Source: Kudoa neothunni
Taxonomy: Eukaryota; Animalia; Cnidaria
Length of the DNA stretch: 64,000 nucleotides
Assembly: GCA_964304625.1 (NCBI GenBank)
Contig: OZ199839.1
Span: 1,438,221 to 1,502,220, forward strand
Direction of reading: 5' to 3'
The notes beneath the pieces were generated by a model, which saw only the letters and a program-made list of their open reading frames with translations, ran no database searches and was not told the origin of the DNA. Position 1 is the stretch's first letter. Every line of letters starts with the position of its first letter. Shown here piece after piece: positions 26,968 through 40,695 of the stretch. The translations under genes and the position numbers were made by a program.

Positions 26968-29246
26968 TATTATTTTTTATCGCATTGTGAATCTTCTGCA
27001 GCAGTTATGAATGTGCCCTCAGTCATATCATCCGGTAACCCTCCAAATAATAATCCTGTGTCAGGTATATGCCTCAAATTTGTATACACATATTTTAAGC
27101 GCATGCCTAGGCACATTTAAATAGGAAGTTATGCTCAATATTACTTTTGTTCCATGTTAATAGGAGAATTAAACATTGATTAGCAATTTTTGAAATTATT
27201 AAGATAAAAGTGTAGTTGGCAATTATTATTTTTTTCGTAGGACTAATGCTGACTAAATAAATTCATTAAATTTCTGTCATATTATAAATAATGAATCAAT
27301 TTATTCTCATTCAAATATATTGAAAAATTTAAGCGTTATCAATTAGCGAGGATGCGCATTGATTAACCTTCCAAGTAATATGGAGTAGATTTCTACCCCA
27401 TTTTTCCTTGGAAGGTGCAAATTTTCATTGATTCAGAGGGTTAATAATCCGGTGGAAAGAGTAGTTTACGAAGAATGACTTAACTATTACACAATAGAAA
27501 ATTAAATGACACAAATTTAAAAGATTAATAGAAATATTTTAATCAAAATCCCACATGTGCCCGATAATTTATCCGCAAAAATCAATATATATTATTTGCT
27601 TAATCATTTTTAGTGGGAATTTAATATTTTTATGTACATTTAATTTTTATACGAAGTTATAGTTCATTAAATTTGATTTTCTGGCTAAAAATGAGATTTT
27701 GGGATCCAGAAAGAGTTAAATATTTGTGTCAATATATCAATATATCTTACAATGTGTTCAGTTAATACAACGACAGCTATTCATTAAGGTGATAAAGTAC
27801 GTTATCGCTTATAACAGCTACAGAAGACTTCAAATTCCATATAAATCTTTCAAGAATATCGTCCACAATACTAACGTTGATTTGATGAACAATTATCCCC
27901 TTCAAATGGCCTATATTTGCTTGTATGGTTTGAACTCTAATTTTACGTGTTTAGATTGAGTATTTTACACTATACATTGAGAAAAAATCATTTGTTAGAT
28001 GCCCACGTGTATGTGACCTTGAGTGCTTCACATTTTACAGAGAAATTGCAAACCGTATAAATAAAATAAAGTTTATTCAAAATGTTAATTTGAGGTGTTT
28101 TTCAAGATACAACAACATCGATAATATAACCTCAATAAAGACATGATTCTTTGGTTATAGCAACTAATGAAATCCTTTATAGAATCTTTCCCATTTATAA
28201 TTCAATCTATAGCAGGACTTCTTACAGGAGGGGCTAAAGTTCAATATGTATCGATACTCAATACATGCCAGTCTTTCATAAATAATCTGACACTTTTCAT
28301 TATGTTAATTATGATGTAAAAATTGACGTTATTTTTCGCAGTTTCTAACTCATGCATTGTGGAGCGTAATCATTAAAATATTTGGACCAAAATTATCTTG
28401 CAGACTCACACCTCCAAGGAATGTTTAACAAAAGTAAAAAACTAGATTCCGATTACAGAAAACTAAAGCGTATTAACTCTCCGATTATTGAAAAAACCGC
28501 GCGCGCTTGAGGGGCTTCCCTACATCATGGCGTCCAAAGCTTTGGTTTTTTCTTTTTTACACGAAATGAAGGTTGTATTGAATGTTCAGGTTACTTTATG
28601 AATAAAAATTAAATTAAAAGTAATACGAAATATTCATGATTTGAATATTATGTCAAATTAAAAGAGTATTATACTTCGAATGGACCTCATATTTGGGGAG
28701 GTTGCCTCGGTATTGCATTTTTACGCATTACTTATTGTCTTTTGATTGTATTCGGCAAGTTATCAATTGTAACCATTATGACACATTTTTACAAAACTGA
28801 AAGAATTTTCTCTCTGCTAAATATCAGAGATGAAACAAATCAACTCACGGAAGGCGGAAGCATTAAGATGCTTAAAGCTTACAAAACTGTTAATTAGGTG
28901 AAATAATGATACACGCATGACGACAACTCACAAACATTTATTATAATTTATAAATGATCGACGGGATAATGAGCCCAAAATATTTTATGTGCTTAAAATA
29001 TTAGGAAAAATCTTGGAAACAAGAGTTAAATATTTTATTCTTCAGGCATGATATTTTTTAATTTTAAAGTATTTTTCTCAATTTTGGGGGTTATAGTGTC
29101 CAACTTTGTTTTTTTAAATCTCATTTAAATCCTTGGTTGATAATAGCTTGGTGGGGGTATTAAAATTGAAAAAATAAAAGAGTATATAAGGAACGTATAG
29201 GAAGGAATAGGCAAAAAAATTTTTGGTTTTGTCTAATTTGAAGCAC

Positions 29247-30869
29247 TCATTCCACTTTTTCAAGTTTGGTTTCGGCAGCATTTTCGTCATTGTATCTAAG
29301 TGAATGGATAGAGCAGGGATGGAAGTACGAAAAGCTTACGTGAGGATATCGTTATCGGAGTCTCCAAAGAGCACCTGGGCTACAGCAGTGCCGAGAAACA
29401 CCCCAGGCACCAAGTACAACAATGCAGGTTGACCGGATTTGAAAACGTAAACAATGATGTTAGTAACCAACAAACCAATTCCATAGAAAATTAGACCGCA
29501 AATAAAAAACAAAGGTTTTCTTTGAGGGAACACACTAGAATTGGCACAGTCAACATAAAAAATATGAGGATAGAGTTGACTAATTACTTTTTGTCATAGC
29601 GCAATAGCAAAGCGAGATAAAGCCCGGGTATCACGACATCCCCTAAACCCAACAATGAGAGTGACTTGGAGTATACCCCATTGGTAATAAAATCATTGGG
29701 AAACAACACTAGAATTCGAAAATTATTAGAGATATTGTTGGGAGGGAGAATCTACATTTGACAGGCGCGTCCATCTTCGTTGCCACTGCAACCATTACAT
29801 TTGTGCCATAAACCTAAAATAAATCCGAAAATTAAAGTTAATTAAAATCGGACCAAATTATCCGACAAAAATTTAAGTAAATCTACCCAAAAAATATCGT
29901 AAAACAATAAACTGGAAAGCATAATGATAGCATGATACAATCTATAAAAATACGTTAGTTAAGTAATCTCATTACACCTATCCTATCCACTTTTGTATAT
30001 GAACATATGAGATGGCATAGATAGCAATTAGCATCCCGATAACATTGCTCAGCATCCAATTCTGTTATGGAAACGAGAAAAATAAATAACAAACAACTAA
30101 ACAAAAGATTCTTACCTTATCGGATAAAATGTACCAAGCACAAATTCCTCCGCACATGGGAATGGATAATAGAGTCGCATAATTGAATTGGACGTTTATT
30201 TCTGTTGAGACCATGAGTTAGAATTATAAAATGACGATCAAATAATAATAATTACTCATTAGATGGTTAGATGTTTTTGCTTTACTAAGTTGTATTACCA
30301 AAGAAAACACTTCGAGTGGAATATTAACAACAGAAAGAAGCATATCTCTTAAAAGCACATTTAACCGCATCCAAAAAATCGATTTAATACTCTACAATCA
30401 CATAACTGCTACACATTGTATAAATAATGATATAATAGGTCAATGCGGTGATGATATAATGAATGGGGATGAATTTGGATAAAACAAAAATTCCAAAAAG
30501 GAATCCACTAGCTACAAACGGAGCACTTTTGGCAGAATCTTTTGATATTACGTCGATCTGATAGGATGGATCCTAAATTATAAAATTATGTGTGTTATTC
30601 CACCTGGTGAGATGCTGTAGTTGGATAATAACTACATATTTGGATCTGTTTTTCACCATCAATGATCCAATACTTCCAACAATCAAACAAATATAAGTGA
30701 GAATAGCCAATCCAGATGATGTAACCACTCGATCCATATACGTGGCATTGTAATTTCTGGTAGTATTCAGAGGGGCGGTGTTGTTGCCTGTAGTCGTTTC
30801 CAATTTGAAAAATGTTTCACGGAAAATCTCTTTCAACTTATTTGTTACTGCGACGTAGGCTGCATCCAT
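29247..30869 (-). CDS. HM13: Signal peptide peptidase (presenilin-type aspartic protease A22B)
   Basis: Catalytic YDIFWV and LGLGDVVIPG motifs, GTNVMVAVATKMDAPVK and GQPALLYLVP. Short N-glycosylated N-terminus without a PA domain favours HM13 over SPPL2. Lys-containing C-terminus KLEKVE*. Confidence 0.9.
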
Positions 30870-33868
30870 GTTGGTAAAGGGAAAAAGATAAACCCAAATT
30901 AATACGCCTGCGCGCAGGTATTTATAGGAACGGGGAGTCAGCAGATTTTTATCCCCAAGCAAAACTTATTTCTATTTATTTGTTTTATTTCATTTTTATA
31001 TTTTAGATTAATTTAAATAAAGTTAAAATTTAAAAATTAATTTTTCAATGAATTTTCTATCTCATCTTATTTTTTGTGAAAAGTAGCCACCTTCCATCGA
31101 ATTATGGTTTGGTAACAATCATTGTTTTTATCAATTAATATTTTAGCAGAATTGTTTACAACCGATTGTTTTAATTAAAAAATGTTTGTATAGAATATAT
31201 TCTGAGAAAAACCCTAACCAGTGACATTATTTAATCCTCGCTAATCCAGTTTGGTGATTTTATTGTACATAGCGCGAAAAATGGGGAATGGCCTAAGATT
31301 CAAATTGGTATATACGAGAAAAAAATGAATAATTTAGGAAATCTTAATAAAATAGAATTAAATAATTTAAATATATCTTGTGTGAACAAACCAAGGAAAA
31401 ATAAGCGTAGTCAATCCATGGTTTGGATACCAACAGCCATTGTGACAGCTGTTAATTTTTAGCGACACTCTTTGAATAATTTCGTGGGTTTGTTAAGTCA
31501 GATTATTGATGATTAGTTATTGTAATAATTATCGAATTTTTTTCAATCCATTGATAAAATTTATTTTTATTATCAGAGTGTTTTCAATAAATTTTTTAAA
31601 AAGACCGATTAAAAAAATCTGGGATTATTTTTACTCCAAAGGTCTTCGGAGAATAAATCTGTTGTTCGAAGCTAATTTATGATTATTTTTGTTGTGTATG
31701 AGCCAAAATACCAATAGGAAAAATGGCAAAAAATTGATAGTTAAGGGATTAGTAAAAATAGGCTGATTTATAGATTTATAGAGGTGGCTGATATTTAACG
31801 CCACAATCGCGTTATGGGAATTGATGTAGACTCGTTTTCCATAACACGAATTGAACGTGTGGTACGTTATTAGAATAATTCCTTGTATCATTTTGCAGAT
31901 AATTGGTAGATTTTGGTTATATAATAGAAAAATGAGAGTTATTAGGATCGGTGAGATAAATCGAAAATTATATGCAAACATTTTGTTATTTTAAATGGTT
32001 AGTCGGAAAAGGATTATTTGAGGGGATGATTCTTGAATCTAAATAGTTTATCTCTATTATGTTTAAATTTATAATTACACGCAAAAACCAAAAATGCTGG
32101 TATGCGCATGCGCGATCATACATTTAATATTTGCATTAAAATAATAAATATATATATTAATTAATTAAATATGTTTAAAAAATTATTTTATTCGGTTATA
32201 AAATTCATTTGGTTGGCATTGTGCAGTGATACTGACTAAAATTGTGACTTTGTAAATGATGTTTTTCATCCGAAAACCCTATGATTTAGACAGTGTCTTT
32301 TGGCCCAGAAGATAAATTTTATGATAGTTTCGCCTTTTTGCACCATAAAAAGTAAAATAAGATTGGTTATTTTATGATTATTATATTACAACGTTTATAA
32401 ACATACATTTGATATGGTAGTCTTTCCAGTTGGGAAGTCCTACCGATATAGCTTTTTTATATTATTCAGATTTTATTATCTTATTTAGCATTGTATTTTT
32501 TTATTTTTCGAGTAAATTTACGAGAAATCAATCACTTAGCAATAATATCAACATAATGTCGTAACGTTGTATTTTATGGAACTTGTATACAGGATAGCGT
32601 TGTTATACATACAAGATGAACAGCCTCGATGGTGGATTGGAAGATAGTAATGTTAACACTAAAAAGAATAATTTCTTTAACGTCAATGATACATTTTGTC
32701 GCTTTTCAAAGTTGAAGTTGAGAATCTAACAGTTCGAATATATGGATAAAAATAATATTTCCGTATTAAATTGCAAAGTCATTGAGAGCACACAAAAACG
32801 ATATGTTCGAATATTATAATGTCACATGAAATCATATTGATAATATTATTGAATGATTTAAATAATAGAGTAAATACTCTTTGTGTTGTCAGCAGAACTT
32901 GTTATAAGGCGAATTTGTTCAGAAGTATCGTTTTTAAATTAACTTCTAAAATTTTAATAAGTTTCTATAATTATGTCATATATATTTTGAAACTTGTTGA
33001 CGAAAATTATGTTATCTAACATGTAACCAACATTATATAAGCTCAGCGTGTAAGAATATTCTACCATAATTAATATAGTTTTTTTGAAAATTAAATGAAA
33101 ATGTATAATCACTTTATTTTACTTAAATAGTTAATATAATTTTTATAAATTTTTAAATATAAATATGTTAAACTACTTTGCTGCTTGACCAAATGAATTA
33201 TTTGTATGTTAAGCATCGTGTGAACTAGCTCATTAGTATTACTTTATTGAAAATAAATATTGATAAATTATCGGATTGATATAAATAATATTCTCTTATT
33301 TTTAAAAACAGAGTAAAATACATTCGATCACCATTATTTGTAGGTCCGCTTTAAGGGTCTGTGTAACACAACGTTAGGTCATCAGAATATATAAATATGA
33401 AGTTTAAATTTTTATGGAAAAATTAAACTTAATGAATTATTTGATTCAAAAATGTAACATTTTATCCAAGGATATAACGTTTCATAAGTTTAAACGTAAA
33501 AATCTTGATGTTATCAGTTTCTAAATAAGGTGTTCCTACATATTCTTCAATCAGACATAATTTTTATATATATATTTATCATTTAAATGTTATTTATGAT
33601 GTTAAATCCAATGGTACACCAACTTAAAGTAAATTTATAAAACATGCGATGCCAATCTGCCGGGCCAATAGTCACTGCCTATGATTTAACCGTTTGTAAC
33701 ATGCATCATAAACTCTACGTAACCCCACGCGTGCCACAGGGGTTTATTCTCAATCTCAACTTTAGAGTAGAAAATAATTGTGAAAATGGTATCAGCTATG
33801 TATTAGATAATGAATACATAGAGTACGACACTTTAGAAAACATTAACCCATTAGTCCAGGTGTACAAG

Positions 33869-33893
<25 letters not shown>
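33869..33893. repeat. (TA)n microsatellite
   Basis: About 12 TA units. Confidence 0.9.
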
Positions 33894-33899
<6 letters not shown>

Positions 33900-34387
33900 C
33901 GATAACGTCAAATTCATTATATGAAAAGAAATTTCCTAGTCATGAATTACGCATGTAATCGAGTTTAGACCGTAAAATTATAGGTTTTTGTTATTCAACA
34001 AACGTAAATTAAATGTTTTATTAAAAAATATCGTATAAACACAAAATGTACAAAAGTAAGATTTTATTGTGAACAATTATTAAAATCACTTATGTCGACC
34101 TTCTGCTTCACTTTTAACAAAAATGATCATTTAAAAGGTAAAAATACTATTATTATACACATAAATATTTATGTATATTATAATCACTTTAATTAGTTAC
34201 ACCAAACCCATTATAAATGATAACATTGTAATAAAGCGCATCTTAGTGTTTAATGGGTCGGTAAAATTTTCGACTATCTTTAAATGAAATTTCACATTGA
34301 TACTGAATAGGTATCATGCTATTTTTTTATGTCAAATATTAATCAACCAGGGCGATTTTATGCGATTTTTGGCGACTCTTGTTCATC

Positions 34388-36880
34388 ATGTACGACATTA
34401 GAGTGTTTCCGTTGGGTGGGTTTGTTAATTGCTGTTACATTAATAATTTTATAATTATTAATTAGGTGCAGGAAGAGGTAGATTTTTTGAGGAATTATAT
34501 CTATTATATGCTTTTAAGATGTTGGAAGGAGTTGTATTATTGTTCATATTGGCGGGAAAACAATTATGTTGGATTGCGGAGTGCACATGGGAATGCACGA
34601 TGAAGTAATTGATTGAATAGTATTCATTAATAATTTTGTTTTTTTGGTGCAGAGGAAGTTTCCGGATTTTCGCTTTCTTTGTGGAGATGATAATATGGAC
34701 AATTATATTGACTGTGTATTGGTTACTCATTTTCATCTTGATCATTGTGCTGCATTACCATGTTTGACTGAGAAAATTGGTTACAATGGTCCCATCTATA
34801 TGTCTACCCCCACCAAAGCTATTTGCCCAATACTTTTGGTAGAATTTTGTTTTATTCATAGCGAAATATTTATTTTTTAAATATAGGATGATTTTAGGAA
34901 AGTGTGTGAGGATAAGGTAGCCGAAAATGAAATCTACACTAAAGAGGTATATTTTAATTGTTAGAGTTGATGCTCCTTAATACAATACCGACTTCAAAAT
35001 ATTACCTATCAAAATATACAAATGAATAATTTGAATGGGTAGATGATTGATAATTGCATGAATAAAGTGAAGACAATCAAACTTCATGAGGTCGTTCAGG
35101 TAGATGAGAGCATCTCAATTAAAGCCTACTATGCGGGTCATGTTCTCGGGGCGGTTATGTTTCACATACAAGTGGGAGATCAATCGGTTGTTTATACAGT
35201 ATACAACATGATTAGAATATCACAATGAGTAAATTTATCACCGAATAATAAATAGGGGGACTTTAATATGACTGCTGATTCTCATCTGGGATCGGCTTGG
35301 ATTGATCGTTGTAGACCGAATATCCTTATATCTGAATCAACATATGCTACCACTGTTAGAGAGTCTAGAAAGTATGCGAAAATGTTTGAATCATTAGGAA
35401 TAAGTTTGATTGCCCTTATAGATGTCGTGAAATCGACTTTTTAAGGAAGGTTCATGAAACAATAGAGAAAGGTGGAAAGGTAAATAGACTGACTCACTAT
35501 TCGCCAAATTTATGTGATAATTACTGAATTCGGTTGGTGGTAGGTTTTGATTCCAGTGTTTGCACTTGGAAGAGCGCAGGAGTTGTGTATCTTATTGGAT
35601 CAATTTTGGAAACGAACCAACCTTAAAGTTCCAGTGTATGTATCTCCTGGAATGGCAGAACGGTCGATTCAATACTATAAATTGTTTGTTTCTTGGACCA
35701 ATGAACACATCAAAAGCAATTATTACCAACAGAATTCATTTGATTTTAGTTCGGTTGAAATATTTGATAGATCTTACATTGACAGGTAGATTAGAGTTTA
35801 TGTGACGAGTTTGGATACACTGTTTTATAATAAACAAATTTATGTTTAGACCGGGTCCAATGGTTGTTTTGGCTTCCCCAGGTATGCTTCATGCGGGATT
35901 ATCGTTGCAAATATTCAAAAAATGGGCATCCAATCCTAAAAATACTGTAATTCTTCCAGGGTACTGTGTGGCTAACACAGTGGGAAGTAAAGTGTTGAAT
36001 GGAGAGAAAAGAATTGAGCTTACTCCTGGTGGCAATCAAGTGATTGATGTCAATCTACAAGTGATTTGCTTGTTGTTCTTTAATAGAAATTTTCTTGTAT
36101 GAACTAATTTTTTAGGTATGTAATATGTCGTTCAGTGCACATGCTGATGCTGTTGGAATTCTACAACTTATTGATTATTGTCGACCTAAGAATGCAGTCA
36201 TTTTGGTTCATGGTGATTCCACGGTGATGGACTCCATGCAAGGTCACATCAAGGACCAATTCAATATCGATTGTTATTGTCCCGCCAATGGAGAAATGTT
36301 AACCATTCCTACGGCAATTGATGAGATTGCTGTGAAAGTCCCATCAAAATTGCTCAACCATACAATTAGATCTGGTTGCAAAAAACTAGAAGGAACCCTT
36401 TCATTGGTGGGTGATGAAGTTGTTGTTGGGGGAAATCACACATCTAATGATGCTAACAACTGCTTCACTGTTGCAGTCGCGGAAACTAAAATCTACATAT
36501 GTTCGGATAGATTAATAAATTATTTTAAAGACGTGTCCTCTTCGGCACTCACATCCTTGTCACTTTTGGTTGAAAGTCAATTCCAAAACACAATCACTCA
36601 ATTAATCACTCACATAAACACCTATATATACAAGACATTTTGTAGAAATGGATTGTTTCCGATTATCACCTCGAAAAATACTCAAATCAAATACGGTTCT
36701 ATTATTATTGGTGTACATTCGTTGGGCGAAAATGAAGATATCACCAATAGTGATAAATTGGCTGATAAGACTAATTATGAGGGGAGAGTTAATGACCTAG
36801 TAGTGGATGTTACATGGTCTCTATCGGATACTTCGATTGCTTACCACCTTGTTGACTACATTAAGTCAATATCGATGTAA
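34388..36880 (+). CDS. INTS11: Integrator complex subunit 11 (MBL/beta-CASP endonuclease, CPSF3L)
   Basis: [104 protein letters not shown]. These are INTS11-specific rather than CPSF73 variants. Confidence 0.96.
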
Positions 36881-37937
36881 CTATGTGAATGTGGTTAGTA
36901 TTTTTTGAAATTTAAAACAATTCTTCATCAATGTGTTTAAATATGCGTGTATAATTACTTAAAGAGGCGATGATTTTGGTTTTACGCTGTTTAGACACGC
37001 TAAAATTGCGTGACATCTTTATACACAGAATAGACTTTAAACAATAATGCATTTATATGTATAATTAAAAGCCATATTGTTGATGTGACGATAATTTTGT
37101 TACACAATATGGTTATCTTTCATGTATCAAAAAATTTATGCACGAGAAGAATTTTCAATATATCAAAACCAATATTAGTAATAGCGAAATAATTTGTTGA
37201 TTAATTATTTTTTGGCTCCCTCTCATTTTCGCTTCTTCCCGATAGAGGTACTTTTCTGTATCGAGTTTTAGAGGGGAGAATACGGTGGTAAATAGATAAA
37301 TTTAGGTTAAGATATCTATATTTTTGTTCGAACTATTTATTAAAACAAGACGGTGTACGCGACGCGTTAAACCCATCGACCATATTAGTGGTTCACATGC
37401 TAGGAAGGTTGAGAACCACAATTATAAACAAATAAGTAAGTGGCTATTGCAAATGATCAAAGTATTCAAGTGAATATAGTTTTTATTATATTTACCCCCT
37501 AGAGAAAGTAGGGGTAACCAACAAATAATTAATTACATCATATTTTAAAAATTATACTTTACAATACATCAACTACAAATTACAAATGAGAGTTGTCACA
37601 ATTAAAAATGGAAAATGCGTAAGCGTAGATGTCATTTAGGATTAAAAATATCCGCTTCAATAGCCACTACCCACTAATAACTGAACCAATCGCATTAATA
37701 ACTAAAAGAACACAAACACGCCATTATATGTTAAAAAGCAAAAATGGAAGTTAAGTATAATTGATTGTGAGCAAATTTTCGAAAACACAAATAAAAACAT
37801 CTCAAAACATCCAAATGATTAAACCTGATAAAATAACGAAAAGTCAATACATTCGAGTTGGTAAATAATATGATACTAGGTCGTAATAGATGACAAGTCA
37901 GTAAAAAACGACTTCAATGACGCACGATATATTGGAG

Positions 37938-39248
37938 CTATTCTTTTTTGGCATGTTGGCTTGGTGTTAGGCCAAATTGGTTCAATTTAGTGCTAACGGA
38001 TGGAGGAATCAATTTTAGCAGCCTGTATAGCAAAGTTAATTCACACATACAAAAAACTATCAATTACATTTCAATTTTTTGAGCTGCTACTTTTGAGATT
38101 TTCTCATAATAACTATCAATTTTAGCCTAAGTCATGCAACCAATCAATTAATACAAAATCGTTCACAAAAAATTATCATACTTGATACATACTGTAGATG
38201 TAAGGATAAATGAAAAGAGAAACTGTGCCTAGTGGCCAAAAAAAATTAAAAAAATATAACTAACTAAAAATATGATTAAATAAACCATACATAACTGAAG
38301 TAGGGTGTTAAAATTCATCATTCCATTGGTCACATAGATAAAATAGCAAAAAATAAACGTCTAATTCCATGAGAGGACGTTAAAAAACAGAAGCAGCACC
38401 TATAATACTTTAACTGTAGCAGGTGTATCTTTGACAAAGGTGAGCCCTTGAAGGAACACCATAAAATCAATTAGCCTATCGACAAAATAGTTGCTCATAT
38501 CTTTCAACTAATTGATAAGACATGACAGATTATATTCAAGTAAATTATCTAAATAGAATGGTGGCAAGTACTGGTAAAGTCATTGAGCGGATATTGTAAT
38601 CAAGAGCACGTCTAAAAACAGCTCAACTGCTTACAAAAATCGGTCAAGTTACGGAATAGGATTTAGTTCGTGTAATCGATTGATATTCTTGAAGAAATGA
38701 AGTGCAAGTGTTACTGTGAGAGTCACAAAAATCGAACTCATCACAAGTGTACAAAGCACCACATGGAATCGATATTTACCAAAAGAATGCAATAACACCA
38801 TGAGACTTATAAAAGCGATCGAACTGTTGATTTTATTTTTCCAATATATTATGTCCAAAACTAGATCGGAAGACAACATCAAAAATAGCACCCTTTACAG
38901 CCTCATAGAAAGTGATTTTTGCGGTATTAATCTGATCTTTGACTTATGCAACAGTCAACCCCAATTATAATTTTATACTGACGCTGTATTAAAAATATAC
39001 CGGTGCGTGGAAGCTCCAAATCGATCAAAAAATTCTTTACACCATCTATATGGGGAAAAGTCAGAAAAATATTAACCATAGATAAAAATAACAACTATTC
39101 CATAGTCTGTGATAAATTACCATTGGATTTGGTATAGTGACCGTTAGGTTCAGTAGATGATTGTTGTACCATTGAAGCTGTTTCTATGAGGGTAATACGT
39201 GAACAAAACACACCAAACAATAAAAGATCGTAAATTACCTTCGCTCAT
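37938..39248 (-). CDS. RTN: Short reticulon (reticulon homology domain), 9 or more exons
   Basis: VLDIIYWKNKINSSIAF (cf. DLLYWRD), two long hydrophobic stretches, FVKDTPATVK, PYIYSMYQAKIDSY and C-terminal AKKE*. Exons join in frame. Confidence 0.85.
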
Positions 39249-40695
39249 CCTAACACACTATCTATTCCGAACTGATGCCGAAGTTTGAAAACTATTGAAT
39301 ATCTTTATTTTCCTTAATCACACCAAAGATGCGTGTTAAAAGCTTATCTAAATTGAAGATGTGTACATGCTAGTAGCAGGTTTTATTTTGATGCTGGATC
39401 TGTAGGTGTAGAAATGTGGACAAAATGTTGAAATACATTTATTGGTTTTTAGGTTAATGGCGTAAAAAAGATCGAATAAGTGGTAGTGAGCGAATAAACC
39501 AAGAAACTTTTATGCAAAATAAATATTTTATATTACGACTCAATATTGATTGAATTATTGAACAAATATACCAAGATTATCACACAATCCGGATGGAATA
39601 ATAATTTAATCCGGCCTATTGAGCATTCTATTTGTCACATTGGTCATTGCTTAATATTATTGATATAACCTATCCCACTTATCTGAATATTTATATATTG
39701 TCTTAGTTGATTCGGTAAAGAATCGAGATAATCTTAAAAGGCATGCATTGCCATGATGTGAAATGTCGTTGGTTGCTCAACTTAATACCCTATGAATAAT
39801 CGTATTAATTCTACGATAGTTTCACACTCTTGAGAAGTATTGAAGAACTTATATTTATGATGAAAAAACTGCGTAATTGCCTCATCAAATTTTTAGAATA
39901 CGTGAAAATTGATTATCACATTATAATAATTATAAAATATACAGATAGGTAAAGATGTTTCTCTGGATTAATCCCAAGTTTATTCGATATTTGTCGATCA
40001 CATTAATCCGAGATTTACGTGTGTTTTTGGATTATTCTGTTTATGTAATAAATTTTATCGTGTATCGTTGTTACCAGGGTTCCTTCGAAGGTGTTAAATA
40101 TACGGGACAATTTTAAATTATATTTCAATGTCTACGAAACAACGTGAGCATTAATTCATACTGAAAGAGAACTAATCCATTTCATCGAATTCTTATCATC
40201 TGCATGACCATTCATTATATAATCAGTCAAACATTTTATTGAAAAATTCTGTGAATAGTCTTTACCGAGTTCGACTTAGTATTTAGTGCATTTTAAGAAC
40301 CAATTTAATGTATGAATTGGATTGCATTGTCCCTCGGAGTTTAATTTGACTTCACTTTACTTATTATATTTTAAGTTTGGTAAATTGAGATAGTGGTGAT
40401 AAAAGATAGGAGTTGATTGTTTTATTTTTAATAAACTTTCAACTGTAAAACTACAATGATTTATTCAAGTTGTAAAATAAGGTTTTTTACTGTTAGAGTT
40501 ATTTTTATTTTGTGTTTACAGTAAACTCTCGATATGACGTAACTTTTTGGGACAAAGGAAAAGTTACACATTAGCGAGAAATTACGCAATACGGAGATAC
40601 GCACTGGCGCAAATCACACAAATCGTTTTTTTAATTTTTGTTAATTTAGTGGCTTTTCACTATTTGATGTAATGACTGGTTATAAGGGTTAGAAG

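Noticed and set aside
31631-31981. 116-aa minus-strand ORF
   Set aside because: Ile/Leu/Asn-rich composition typical of chance ORFs in AT-rich DNA, with no splice structure or domain.
34458-34745. Antisense or off-frame ORFs in the track (also 408-596, 24480-24701, 35560-35805, 38716-38970, 50796-51217, 53092-53355, 62994-63260)
   Set aside because: These are shadows of real spliced genes on the other strand or frame, with no independent motifs.
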